From positions 305,117 through 369,116 of the forward strand of contig CAVOHG010000002.1 of the NCBI GenBank assembly GCA_963695655.1: 64,000 nucleotides of DNA. The letters are read 5' to 3'. Source of the DNA: an uncultured Acidobacteriota bacterium. Its GTDB lineage: Bacteria; Acidobacteriota; Vicinamibacteria; Vicinamibacterales; 2-12-FULL-66-21. Below the pieces are notes generated by a model. It had not been told where the DNA came from. It did no database searches and saw only the letters and a list, made by a program, of their open reading frames with translations. Within the stretch, counting starts at the first letter, position 1. Every line of letters begins with the position of its first letter. Made by a program: the position numbers and the translations under genes. Below are positions 32,195-40,591 of the stretch, piece after piece.

Positions 32195-33033
32195 ATCTTG
32201 GTCTGGCCGACGATGTGCTATTCCGGTTCGAATGGGCAACCGTCGCAATTCCGGCCTCTCGATTTTTGACGCCGCGATGGCTCGGCTAAAGAGTGCCGAC
32301 GAAGCACTCAGGATGAGCAGCGTACTGGTGGCGGAGTCGAAGATTACGGCTGCGGTCGCGGTGTTGGACACTCGGCAGCGCGCGCAGAGTCGGCTGACCG
32401 AACGCCGTCCGTCAGAGTGACGCTGGAGGACATCACGCGATTTGGCGCAACGAGAAGAACGGTCTGCGGTACTCATGCAGCTCATCGAACGGACTGTGCA
32501 GCTTTTGGTGAGCTGGAGACCGGACCTCGGCACGAACTCAGGAAAGCTAAGAGGGAGCGGACTATATTATGGCCGGGATCGGTGAACAGTGCCGTTCGCC
32601 CCGCGTTTCGCAGGCCGCGGGCTGCGGCCTCCATACTCGTCGTTTACAGGCCAGCGTACGGAACAGCCCTTCACGTCGGCTCGGACGGATTCGTCAGTCC
32701 GACGCCGAAGTTGTAATCAGTCGTGTGGTCACAGTTCGGCGGACTGGCCGGCGCACAGGACCTCCCGCCAAGGTCGGTCGAGCGACGGCCCGTCGCAAAC
32801 ACGCCGGTTTGCGCATAACTGCACAGCCAGACTGAGTAGCACGACAATTGAACTCTGTCCCACGAAGCTCGAGTCAGGTCCGACCGCTATAGATTAGAAT
32901 TACCAGCGACCGCCACAGCCAAAATGTCCGAGGTGATGCCGTTTCCGCCCGGGATCTTGCGCCGCGCCTCACGTGGTCCGACGTGCACCCGCCGACCTGC
33001 GCCGACGCCGCACCGGATGGCTGAACGGTCCCG

Positions 33034-35265
33034 GTGGCTCCGCTGGCATTGATGACAACGCCAGAGCCTTCTCCACCGCAGCTCTCGCCCGAAGCCGCCG
33101 CGCGGTTCGCGGAATTCGCCCGCGCCTGCAAGTCGGCGGCGCGCGCCGTGGCGCTGTACCCCGGCAGCCATCCCGCCATTGGCACCTCCCTTGGACGCCT
33201 GGCCGAGGCCACGACCAGACTGAGCGAGGCCGGGCCGTTCCGTCTGCAGGTCAGGGCCGGGGCCCTGCTGCTCGATGGCTCTGTCTCTCCCAAGCCGGAC
33301 CCGGCACTCGCCGAGCTCGCTGAGGTCCTCCACCGGCACCTGATCGGCGCCCTGACGGTGAACGCCGGCGCGGACGCCGCCTCCTGGCAGATTCTCCTGC
33401 TGCTCCTGGCGCGCACGCCCGAGGAGGTGCGCGCCGATGGTGGCATCTCGCGTCTCTGGACCACGGCCGGGGGACCCAGTCTCGAGATCATCGAGATTGA
33501 CTATGCCGAGGTACTGCGTGAGAAGCAGGGGCTGGCCGCGACCATCGACCAGATCCTCGCCGCAGCGCTGGCCGGTCCGCAGATCGAGTTGGACGACGCG
33601 GCGGCGGATGCGTTGCTGCAGTTGATTGGCGACCCGGCCAAGCTCCAGGAGCTGATGGCGCAGCTCGAAGAGCGGACCGCCGGGCAGGGCCCGGATCTGA
33701 AGACGGCCGCCTTCCTCAACCTGCTGCGCGGGCTCGCCGAGCACCTCGCGCGCACCGGCCCCGACAAGCTGGATGCGATGTTCAGGCAGATGGGGCAGGC
33801 GGCCGGGCGGTTGAGCGCCGAGGACATGCTGTCGCTGCTCGCCAAGCGCGAACGACCGGAGGCGATGGCCGGCACGATCAACGTGGTCGGCGCGACGACG
33901 GAACGGATGTCGGACGCCTCGGTGGCGCAATTCGTCGCCGGGTCAGTCGTTGCCGAGGGCGGCGCCACGGACCGTCTCGCGCAGGCATTCCAGGCGCTCG
34001 TCCCCGAGCGCGATCGCCAGCGGCAGCTCCTCGCGCTGGCCGAAACCGAGGTGGCCGCTTCCGAGGTCGGTGACGACCCCGAACTGTGGGGCCGCGTCGA
34101 AGGCATGCTGACGTCCTACTCGGACGACAGTTTCGTCTCGAACGACTACGGCCGCGAGCTCGCCAGCGCGCGCAACCGCGCCGTGACCGTCGAGTCGACG
34201 AGCGACGATCCACCCGAACGCGTCACGGCATGGCTTGCCACCGTGGGCGACGCGGCACTCCGCGGGCTCGATCACCAGCTGCTCATCGACCTCCTCGTCA
34301 TCGAGACCGATCCGCTGCGATGGCGCGATGTCGCCCAGACCGTCGCCGCGCACGCGGACGATCTCGTTCGCGTCGGCTACTTCGATCACGCGTGGCAGCT
34401 CGTCGAAGCGGTGCTGGACCAGGGCATCGCCGATCCGGGGCGGCAGCCGCACGCGCGCGCGGCACTCGAGCAATTTGGCCGCGGCTCGATGATGAAGCAT
34501 GTTGCCGCGCACCTGCGCAGTGTCGACGACCAGGGCTACGAGCGCTTCAAGCGGATCTGCCACGCGATGGGCACGGCCGTGGTCGCCCCCCTGGCCGAAG
34601 TGCTCTCCAGCGAGCAGGACGCCCGCTCCCGTCGTCGGCTTCGCGAAGTGCTCCTTGGATTCGGCGCGAGCGGCCGCGAGGCCGTGCAGCAGTTGATGAA
34701 TGCGCCGAACTGGGAGGTGCGACGCACGGCGGCATACCTCCTGCGTGAATTCGGCGGCACCGAAGGGTTGAAGGAGCTGGTGCCGCTCTTGACCGACGCC
34801 GAGCCGCTGGTCCGTCGCGAGGCCGTCCAGGGACTCGCGCTGAACGGCAGCGACGAAGCGTCGGCGCTGCTGCTCACGGCACTGACGACGAGCACGGGCA
34901 AGGCGCAACAAACGCTGGCCAGCGATGTCATGGGGCTCCGCGACAGGCGCGCGGTGCCGTTCTTTGCGTTCGTGCTGCGGCGCATGGAGCCAGGCGCGCT
35001 GCCGCAGGTGTACGCAGCCGCGATCGAGTCGATTGCCGCAATCGGTCCGGCGGCGGGCACCGAAGCCGTTGCCGGTCTCGAGTCCGCCTTCAAGCACGGG
35101 CAGTGGTGGGCGCCGGTGCGCACCAGGCGCCGCCGCACGACCATCGCGGTCGCGCTTCGAAAGATAGGAACGCCGGAAGCCATCGAAGCACTCCGCACGG
35201 CGGCATCGAGCGGACCGCGCGGCGTGCGCGTCGCGGCTCGCAGTCAGCTGAGCGGTCTGATCTGA
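33034..35265 (+). CDS. Large HEAT-repeat protein (about 480-aa unknown N-terminal region plus C-terminal HEAT/PBS-lyase-like repeats)
   Basis: Intact 743 aa. C-terminal repeats ...NAPNWEVRRTAAYLLREFGGTEGLKELVPLLTDAEPLVRREAVQGLALNGSDEA...IGTPEAIEALRTAASSGPRGVRVAA. The start could be ATG 33052. Confidence 0.75.
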   Translation: MAPLALMTTPEPSPPQLSPEAAARFAEFARACKSAARAVALYPGSHPAIGTSLGRLAEATTRLSEAGPFRLQVRAGALLLDGSVSPKPDPALAELAEVLHRHLIGALTVNAGADAASWQILLLLLARTPEEVRADGGISRLWTTAGGPSLEIIEIDYAEVLREKQGLAATIDQILAAALAGPQIELDDAAADALLQLIGDPAKLQELMAQLEERTAGQGPDLKTAAFLNLLRGLAEHLARTGPDKLDAMFRQMGQAAGRLSAEDMLSLLAKRERPEAMAGTINVVGATTERMSDASVAQFVAGSVVAEGGATDRLAQAFQALVPERDRQRQLLALAETEVAASEVGDDPELWGRVEGMLTSYSDDSFVSNDYGRELASARNRAVTVESTSDDPPERVTAWLATVGDAALRGLDHQLLIDLLVIETDPLRWRDVAQTVAAHADDLVRVGYFDHAWQLVEAVLDQGIADPGRQPHARAALEQFGRGSMMKHVAAHLRSVDDQGYERFKRICHAMGTAVVAPLAEVLSSEQDARSRRRLREVLLGFGASGREAVQQLMNAPNWEVRRTAAYLLREFGGTEGLKELVPLLTDAEPLVRREAVQGLALNGSDEASALLLTALTTSTGKAQQTLASDVMGLRDRRAVPFFAFVLRRMEPGALPQVYAAAIESIAAIGPAAGTEAVAGLESAFKHGQWWAPVRTRRRRTTIAVALRKIGTPEAIEALRTAASSGPRGVRVAARSQLSGLI

Positions 35266-35296
35266 AGGGCCTCAGCTGACGCTTCGGCCCAGGATC

Positions 35297-35441
35297 GGGA
35301 CTCGGGACTCGGGACTCGGGATCCGGGGTTCGGGGTTCGGGGTTCGGGGTTCGAGGTTCGGGTCGGGGTTCGGGGTTCCGGGTTCGGGGTTCCGGGTTCG
35401 AGGTTCGGGGTTCGGGGTTCGGGGTTCGGGGTTCGAGGTTC
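35297..35441 (+). repeat. 21-unit heptamer array GGGACTC/GGGGTTC (11 perfect GGGGTTC units)
   Basis: Counted unit by unit. Two runs of four consecutive GGGGTTC (35325-35352 and 35407-35434) satisfy the G4-N3 x4 quadruplex motif. The G-rich strand is the + strand, which is the sense strand of both flanking genes. Confidence 0.95.
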
Positions 35442-35479
35442 CGTTCGGCGGATGCGGGCGGGTTCGCGAGCGAGCTGCG

Positions 35480-35573
35480 GTAGCTTCCGCCTTCAGGCGG
35501 AAGACCTGCGGTGCGTAGCTTCCGCCTTCAGGGGAAAGACCTGCGGTGCGTAGCTTCCGCCTTTAGGCGGAAG
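35480..35573. repeat. REP-like hairpin element, 3 copies at 35-nt period
   Basis: gtagcttccgccttcaggcggaag at 35480-35503, with variants at 35515-38 and 35550-73. Each has the stem cttccgcc/ggcggaag. The same element occurs at 55421-55588. Confidence 0.9.
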
Positions 35574-35582
35574 ACCTGGTAA

Positions 35583-35631
35583 CTGGTAGCTGGAGACTGA
35601 TAGCTGATAGCTGAGAACTGATAGCTAACAG
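35583..35631. repeat. Heptamer array CTGRNAG (7 units)
   Basis: Reads ctggtag ctggaga ctgatag ctgatag ctgagaa ctgatag ctaacag. It ends 17 nt before the HD-GYP start codon. Confidence 0.9.
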
Positions 35632-35648
35632 CGATTGCCGCCGAATTT

Positions 35649-37028
35649 ATGTCCGACCTGCAGACGCGTATCGGCCAGTACGACGAGTTGCTCCGGCGCT
35701 TCGCCTCCGGCGTGCGTGCGGCGCAGCTCTATGCCCCCGACCACCCGCTCGTCGGGCGAAATGTCGAAGGGCTGCTGGCGGTGCTCAAGGTGCTCCACGC
35801 GGCGCAGCCCTCAGTTGCGATTGGGATCGTGGGCACGCAGCTCATCGTCGCGGACACGCCCATGTCCAAAGCGAGCCTCGGCATGGCCGAGCTCGTCAAG
35901 CGGCTGAAGGACCACCTGATCGAACGCGTGTCGTTCGAGCGCGGCGTGACCGAGCAGGAGATTGCGCCGTTCATCCTCACCCTCGCCGCCCTCGGCGGCA
36001 AGGCGGAGGTCCCCGAGAGCGCGTGGCAGTTTGCGCACATCCGCGTCGGCCGCATCACCGCCGAAGAGCGCCGTACCGATGGGATCGGCAGCGACATGGC
36101 CGCCATCCGCAAGCTCTATTCGAGCGCGGTGTCGGTCGCGCAGGTCGCGTGGGAGAGCGCCGAGATCGAGGGCGCCCCCGATCTCCCGAACGCTCTCCAG
36201 GCGATCGAGGGTCTCGCCGACGCCGTCACCCAGAATCGCACCGCGCTCGTGGCGCTCACGGCGATGCGCAATTACGACAACTACACCTTCACCCACATGG
36301 TGAACGTGTCGATCCTGACGATGGGCCAGGCGCGCGCGCTCGGCATCGAGGGCCGGCTGCTGCGCGAGTTCGGCCTGTCCGCCCTGATGCACGACATCGG
36401 CAAGGTCCGCACGCCGAAAGAAATCCTGAACAAGCCCGACAAGCTGACCGACGACGAATTCACGATCATGCGCAGGCACACGGTCGACGGCGCGGAGATC
36501 CTGCGGCGCACGCCGGAGATGCCGATTCTTGCGCCGGTCGTCGCCTTCGAGCACCACCTGCGGCAGGACGGCACCGGTTATCCGGTGACCGCGAAACGCG
36601 AGGGCCTCAATCTCGGCACGATGCTCTGCGGCATCTCCGACGTCTACGATGCGATGCGCTCGCAGCGTGCGTACCAGCAGGCGTTCCCGACCGATCGCAT
36701 CCTTGCCGTGCTCAAACGCAACGACGGCACCCAGTTCGATCAGAACCTGGTCAGACGATTCGTTCAGCTGCTCGGCATCTACCCGCCGGGCAACCTGGTG
36801 AGACTGACGACCGGAGAAGTTGCGGTCGTCACGGAGGTGCACGCCCCGGACCCGCACCGCCCCCGCGTCCGCGTGCTCTACGCCACCGATGGCACACGGC
36901 TCGACCTGCCCTACGACCGCAACTTGTGGGAGTCGGCTCGCGCCGGGGACGAGGCGCCCTCAATTGTTGCGCCGGTCGATCCCGCCGAGTTCGGCATCGA
37001 CCCGCTCAATCACATGGAGACGCGGTAG
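35649..37028 (+). CDS. HD-GYP domain c-di-GMP phosphodiesterase-type protein
   Basis: Intact 459 aa. ...THMVNVSILTMGQARALG...SALMHDIGKVRTP...DEFTIMRRHTVDGAEIL...FEHHLRQDGTGYPV...ISDVYDAMRSQRAYQ (HD...HHE..GYP motifs). Confidence 0.9.
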   Translation: MSDLQTRIGQYDELLRRFASGVRAAQLYAPDHPLVGRNVEGLLAVLKVLHAAQPSVAIGIVGTQLIVADTPMSKASLGMAELVKRLKDHLIERVSFERGVTEQEIAPFILTLAALGGKAEVPESAWQFAHIRVGRITAEERRTDGIGSDMAAIRKLYSSAVSVAQVAWESAEIEGAPDLPNALQAIEGLADAVTQNRTALVALTAMRNYDNYTFTHMVNVSILTMGQARALGIEGRLLREFGLSALMHDIGKVRTPKEILNKPDKLTDDEFTIMRRHTVDGAEILRRTPEMPILAPVVAFEHHLRQDGTGYPVTAKREGLNLGTMLCGISDVYDAMRSQRAYQQAFPTDRILAVLKRNDGTQFDQNLVRRFVQLLGIYPPGNLVRLTTGEVAVVTEVHAPDPHRPRVRVLYATDGTRLDLPYDRNLWESARAGDEAPSIVAPVDPAEFGIDPLNHMETR

Positions 37029-37162
37029 CACCCACGCCTGGTGCTGGCGCCCGACCAGCCGACAGCAACTGCGGTCGCGCGTCCAACACGATACGCGCGC
37101 GGAGCGCCTCGCGCACGCGCCTTGTCGGCGGGGCGGACAGGCCGGCGTCGACGTCAAACAGC

Positions 37163-37168
37163 TATACT
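37163..37168 (+). promoter_or_regulatory. -10-like TATACT box 8 nt upstream of a GTG start (possible leaderless transcript)
   Basis: cagcTATACTctccgggcGTG. The same GCTATACT string precedes sppA on the other strand (55332-55339). Confidence 0.3.
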
Positions 37169-37176
37169 CTCCGGGC

Positions 37177-37632
37177 GTGACCGAAGGATTTCGTACAACG
37201 TTCGTGGCGTTTGCCGCACTGGGACTGGGTCTCACCTGGCAGGCGGTGCGAACGTCGATGATCCCGGCCAGTTCTCCCGACCGACTGGTCTCGGAGCTGC
37301 GGCTCGCTCAGATCATCGCCTTGCTTCTCGCGATGTCTGCAGGTGCATACGTCGGGCTTGCGGTCGCGCACGAGGCCCAGCTCGGGGTCGGGTTCGACGT
37401 GGCGCTCGCGATCGGCTTCTTCGTCGTCGCTGCGGCCACGCTGGTGCGAGATCCGCACCAGGCGCTGACCATGCTCGCCTTCGCATTTGCCGCGCACGCC
37501 GTCCTCGACGTCGCCCATCGTCCTGGCTGGCCGCTACCCGACGAGATGGCGCCGCGGTGGTACTCAATCGGTTGCGCCGTCTTCGATGCATACATCGGCG
37601 CCCTCTGTTACCTGCCGATCCTGCGGCGGTAA
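37177..37632 (+). CDS. Small integral membrane protein (4 predicted TM helices)
   Basis: VTEGFRTTFVAFAALGLGLTW...IIALLLAMSAGAYVGLAV...ALAIGFFVVAAATLV...YSIGCAVFDAYIGALCYLPILRR. No family recognised. Confidence 0.55.
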   Translation: MTEGFRTTFVAFAALGLGLTWQAVRTSMIPASSPDRLVSELRLAQIIALLLAMSAGAYVGLAVAHEAQLGVGFDVALAIGFFVVAAATLVRDPHQALTMLAFAFAAHAVLDVAHRPGWPLPDEMAPRWYSIGCAVFDAYIGALCYLPILRR

Positions 37633-37681
37633 CCGCGTGGCCTGGCGATTCGACAACGTGGACCGCGATGAGGGGCAACTG

Positions 37682-38431
37682 ATGCGCTCGACCATCTCGA
37701 CACCAGTGTTGGCGATCGCGCTGCTGCTCTGGTCCTCCTTCGCCCATCCCGCGGCGGCACAGTCGGACGGACGGTTCGTGGTCGGCATCAACGGCGGCGT
37801 CCAGACTGGCGCGACGCGCCTCACGGATCACTTCGAGTTCGAAAGCAACGTTGAAACGGCGACAGTCGAGGTCACGTACCCGTCGAAGGCGGCGGTGCTG
37901 ATCGACGGGAGTGTCGTCGTACGCCTCTGGAACCAACTCGGCGCCGGCGTCGCCGTGTCCCAGGCGACGCGAGACGGAGCGGCGGAGGTCGACGCCCTCA
38001 TTCCGCATCCGCTGCTCTTCCAGCAGCCGCGGACCGTGACCGGATCGCAGTCCGGAATCAGCGACGCACAAACCGGGGTCCACTTTCAGCTGTCGTACGC
38101 CGTTGCGGTCACACCGCGCGTCATCGTGACGCTTTCCGGCGGCCCATCCTACGTGCACGTGAGCCAGGATCTGGTGACGGATGTGAATTACAGCGAGAGT
38201 TATCCGTACGACACCGCCACCTTCACCAGCGCGCCGACCGAACGGACCACCGCCGGAGCCGTCGGGTTCAATGCCGGCGGCGACGTCCGCTGGATGTTTG
38301 CCCGGTCGTTCGGCATCGGCGGAATGGTCCGCTTCACACGCGCGACAGTCGATCTCGCGTCTGGCGACCGAACGATCTCCGTGGAGGCCGGCGGGGTGCA
38401 GGCCGGCGGGGGTATTCGGCTGGTGTTTTAG
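37682..38431 (+). CDS. Outer-membrane beta-barrel protein
   Basis: Signal peptide MRSTISTPVLAIALLLWSSFAHPAAAQ. Alternating beta-strand pattern. C-terminal ...GGVQAGGGIRLVF ending in Phe. Confidence 0.7.
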   Translation: MRSTISTPVLAIALLLWSSFAHPAAAQSDGRFVVGINGGVQTGATRLTDHFEFESNVETATVEVTYPSKAAVLIDGSVVVRLWNQLGAGVAVSQATRDGAAEVDALIPHPLLFQQPRTVTGSQSGISDAQTGVHFQLSYAVAVTPRVIVTLSGGPSYVHVSQDLVTDVNYSESYPYDTATFTSAPTERTTAGAVGFNAGGDVRWMFARSFGIGGMVRFTRATVDLASGDRTISVEAGGVQAGGGIRLVF

Positions 38432-38442
38432 TGCCCGGATCA

Positions 38443-38650
38443 GGGATTCGGGACTAGGGATTGGGGATTCGGGCTCGGGGTTCGGGGTTCGGGGTTCCGG
38501 GCTCGGGGCTCGTGGCTCGAGGCTGGAAGCTCGGAAACTGGCCGCTGAGGTGTCTGAGAGCTGAAGTCTGATAGCTGAAACTGATTGCTGATTGCTGATT
38601 GCTGATTGCTGATTGCTGATTGCTGATAGCTGAAGTCTGATTGCTGATGT
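38443..38650. repeat. Composite heptamer region: GGGRYTC/GGGGTTC (38443-38525), then CTGANNG with 6 perfect CTGATTG (38545-38650)
   Basis: ctgattg x6 at 38581-38622, followed by ctgatag ctgaagt ctgattg ctgatgt. The ATG (38647) of the next gene lies in the last unit. Confidence 0.95.
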
Positions 38651-39036
38651 CCGCGTTTTCGACCCGCGTCATCTCAGTCGTCCGGCGCATCCCTCCGGGC
38701 CGCGTCGCTACGTACGGCGACGTGGCCAAAGCAGCGGGTCAGCCGGGCGCGGCGCGTGCGGTCGGGAACATCATGAGCCATCTTCGGGCGCGTGATGTGC
38801 CCGCGCACCGGGTCGTGGCGGCCGCCGGGCGGATCGGCGGCTTCGGTGGAAATATCGAGTTGAAGCGGGCGCTGCTGAGGGCGGAGGGGGTCACGGTAGG
38901 TCCCTCCACGATCCGTGATTTTGCAGCCCGGCGGTGGCCGCGCCCTGGTGAGGCTCGAGCCACAGCGTCCAAGGAGCCCGCCCGGGGTTCCCGGGGGCGG
39001 TCTCGAGCGAAACATAAATCGCCTCGGGCTCGTTAA
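38641..39036 (+). CDS. Alkyltransferase-like (ATL) protein: MGMT DNA-binding domain without the acceptor Cys
   Basis: ...IPPGRVATYGDVAKAAGQPGAARAVGNIM...DVPAHRVVAAAGRIGGFGG...LLRAEGV. PAHRV replaces the PCHRV active site. The start is probably ATG 38647. The basic C-terminal tail is of uncertain reality. Confidence 0.75.
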   Translation: MLMSAFSTRVISVVRRIPPGRVATYGDVAKAAGQPGAARAVGNIMSHLRARDVPAHRVVAAAGRIGGFGGNIELKRALLRAEGVTVGPSTIRDFAARRWPRPGEARATASKEPARGSRGRSRAKHKSPRAR

Positions 39037-39092
39037 TCAGTAAATGTCCCCGCCTCTCCGGCCCATCCCCGCGAAAGCAACGCGAAACCCGT

Positions 39093-39698
39093 ATGGCAAC
39101 GTCTAAACAGACGATGGCTCCATCCAGGAGCCCCGAAGTTGCCGGACGCGCGGCCGACATGGCGCTCGTGGAACGGTGCCGTGCGGGGGACCTCGCCGCG
39201 TTCGAGGAGTTGTATGCTGCCCACGCCGGGAAGCTGTTCAGCGTGGCGTGCCGGATGCTTGGCAACCAGTCGGATGCCGAAGACATCCTGCAGGAGATTT
39301 TCCTGTCGGCGCACCGCAAGCTCGACGGCTTTCGCGGCGACGCGGCGCTCGGCACGTGGCTGTACCGGCTGGCGATGAACCAGTGCCTCGACCATCTGAG
39401 GAGCCGGTCGACTCGCACCAACCAGCTCACCGACGTGCTGGACGACGAGCCGGCTCTCTACGAGGCGGGCGGTGGTGGGCTCGCGGAACAGACCGTCGCG
39501 AAGATGGACATCGAACGTGCGCTCGCGCAGCTCCCGGCCGGCTGCCGGGCGGCGTTCGTGCTGCACGACGTCGAAGGTCTGGAGCACCGCGAGGTCGCCG
39601 ATGCGCTCGGGATCGCGGAAGGCACCTCGAAGTCGCAGGTGCACAAGGCAAGGCTGCGGCTGCGTGCGCTGCTCGGCGCGCGAGGCCGCGCAACGTAG
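39093..39698 (+). CDS. ECF-type RNA polymerase sigma-70 factor
   Basis: Region 2 ...AEDILQEIFLSAHRKLDGFRGDAALGTWLYRLAMNQCLDHLR. Region 4 ...AFVLHDVEGLEHREVADALGIAEGTSKSQVHKARLRL. Confidence 0.9.
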   Translation: MATSKQTMAPSRSPEVAGRAADMALVERCRAGDLAAFEELYAAHAGKLFSVACRMLGNQSDAEDILQEIFLSAHRKLDGFRGDAALGTWLYRLAMNQCLDHLRSRSTRTNQLTDVLDDEPALYEAGGGGLAEQTVAKMDIERALAQLPAGCRAAFVLHDVEGLEHREVADALGIAEGTSKSQVHKARLRLRALLGARGRAT

Positions 39699-39746
39699 CA
39701 CGTGCACGTAGCACGTAGCACGTAGCACGTAGCACGTAGCACGTGA
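39695..39746. repeat. Heptamer array GTAGCAC (about 7 units)
   Basis: Reads gtagcac gtgcac gtagcac x5 gtgag. The sigma factor stop codon TAG (39696-98) is part of the first unit. Confidence 0.9.
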
Positions 39747-39756
39747 GTAAAACGAC

Positions 39757-40545
39757 ATGGAATGCACGCGGTATCGCGAATCAATCCAGGACCTGATCGA
39801 CGGCACGATCGGACCGATCCGGCGCGCCGAGCTCGAGCGGCATCTCGACGGCTGCGCCGACTGCCGTGCGCTCGTCGCCGATCTCGAGACGATTCGCGAT
39901 CGGGCCGCCTCGCTCGATCCGATCGAGCCGCCGTCGCGCGTCTGGCTCCAGATCGCCGGGCGCTTGCGGCAGGAGGGCCGCATTGCCGCGGCGCCGGCGC
40001 GACGTGCGGCGACGCTGCTGCACCCGGCACTGCTCGCGATCGCGGCTGCACTCATCCTCGCCGTGGGCGCATCGCTGGTGATGCTGCTGCCCCGTACTCG
40101 ACCTGGCGCGGTGGCACCAGCTGCAGGCACGGCAGCCACCGTCCCGGCCCAGGGCAACGCGCCGGCCGACACTACCGTCCAAGATGTTGAGAGCGAGTTC
40201 CGGCTGGCCGAGCAGCACTACCAGAACGCGATTACGAAACTGGAGCAGGCGGCACGGCTGGATCAGGCAACGGCGGGCGAACCGGCGACCGGCGACCAGG
40301 CGACGATCGATCCCGCCACCGCGGCAATGCTGCAGAAGAACCTGCACGTGATCGATGCCGCAATCGCAGAAAGCCGGGCCGCACTTCGGACCGAGCCACA
40401 GAGTGTCGCCGCGCGCGACAGCCTCTTCGACGCGCTGAAGCGGAAGGTGGCGCTGCTCCAGGACACGATTGCGCTGATGAACGAGATGCGCAAGGGGAAC
40501 GCGGCCGGTGCCGCACAAATCATCGAGGGCGCGAGCAAATCGTGA
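39757..40545 (+). CDS. Anti-sigma factor (zf-HC2 N-domain, one TM helix, periplasmic coiled region)
   Basis: MECTRYRESIQDLIDG...ELERHLDGCADCRALV (H-x3-C-x2-C). TM helix LLHPALLAIAAALILAVGASLVMLL. It lies immediately downstream of the ECF sigma gene. Confidence 0.85.
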   Translation: MECTRYRESIQDLIDGTIGPIRRAELERHLDGCADCRALVADLETIRDRAASLDPIEPPSRVWLQIAGRLRQEGRIAAAPARRAATLLHPALLAIAAALILAVGASLVMLLPRTRPGAVAPAAGTAATVPAQGNAPADTTVQDVESEFRLAEQHYQNAITKLEQAARLDQATAGEPATGDQATIDPATAAMLQKNLHVIDAAIAESRAALRTEPQSVAARDSLFDALKRKVALLQDTIALMNEMRKGNAAGAAQIIEGASKS

Positions 40546-40591
40546 GCCTCACCCGCGGGAGATTGACCAGCGGTATTGCGGAAGCGAACAG

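Larger units (their letters stand above)
26153..32906. mobile_element. Putative integrated island (about 6.7 kb) with a tyrosine integrase, bounded by copies of an AT-rich motif
   Basis: Hand-counted GC is about 48-58% versus about 70% in the flanks. No heptamer arrays inside. Integrase at 30524-31698. The motif actatagattatggccggg...gattaccag at 26153-26197 is partly repeated at 32561-32587 (actatattatggccggg..cggtga) and at 32887-32906 (ctatagatta..attaccag). Confidence 0.5.

Noticed and set aside
35297-35441. Telomere or linear-replicon end, because of the GGGGTTC repeats
   Set aside because: The array is internal, flanked on both sides by ordinary genes, and similar blocks occur at four internal sites.
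32887-36857. Long minus-strand ORFs 32887-33930, 33943-35097 and 35811-36857
   Set aside because: All are antisense to the intact HEAT-repeat and HD-GYP genes. None has recognisable motifs.
39033-40172. 379-aa minus-strand ORF
   Set aside because: It is antisense to the ECF sigma and anti-sigma genes, which have clear motifs.
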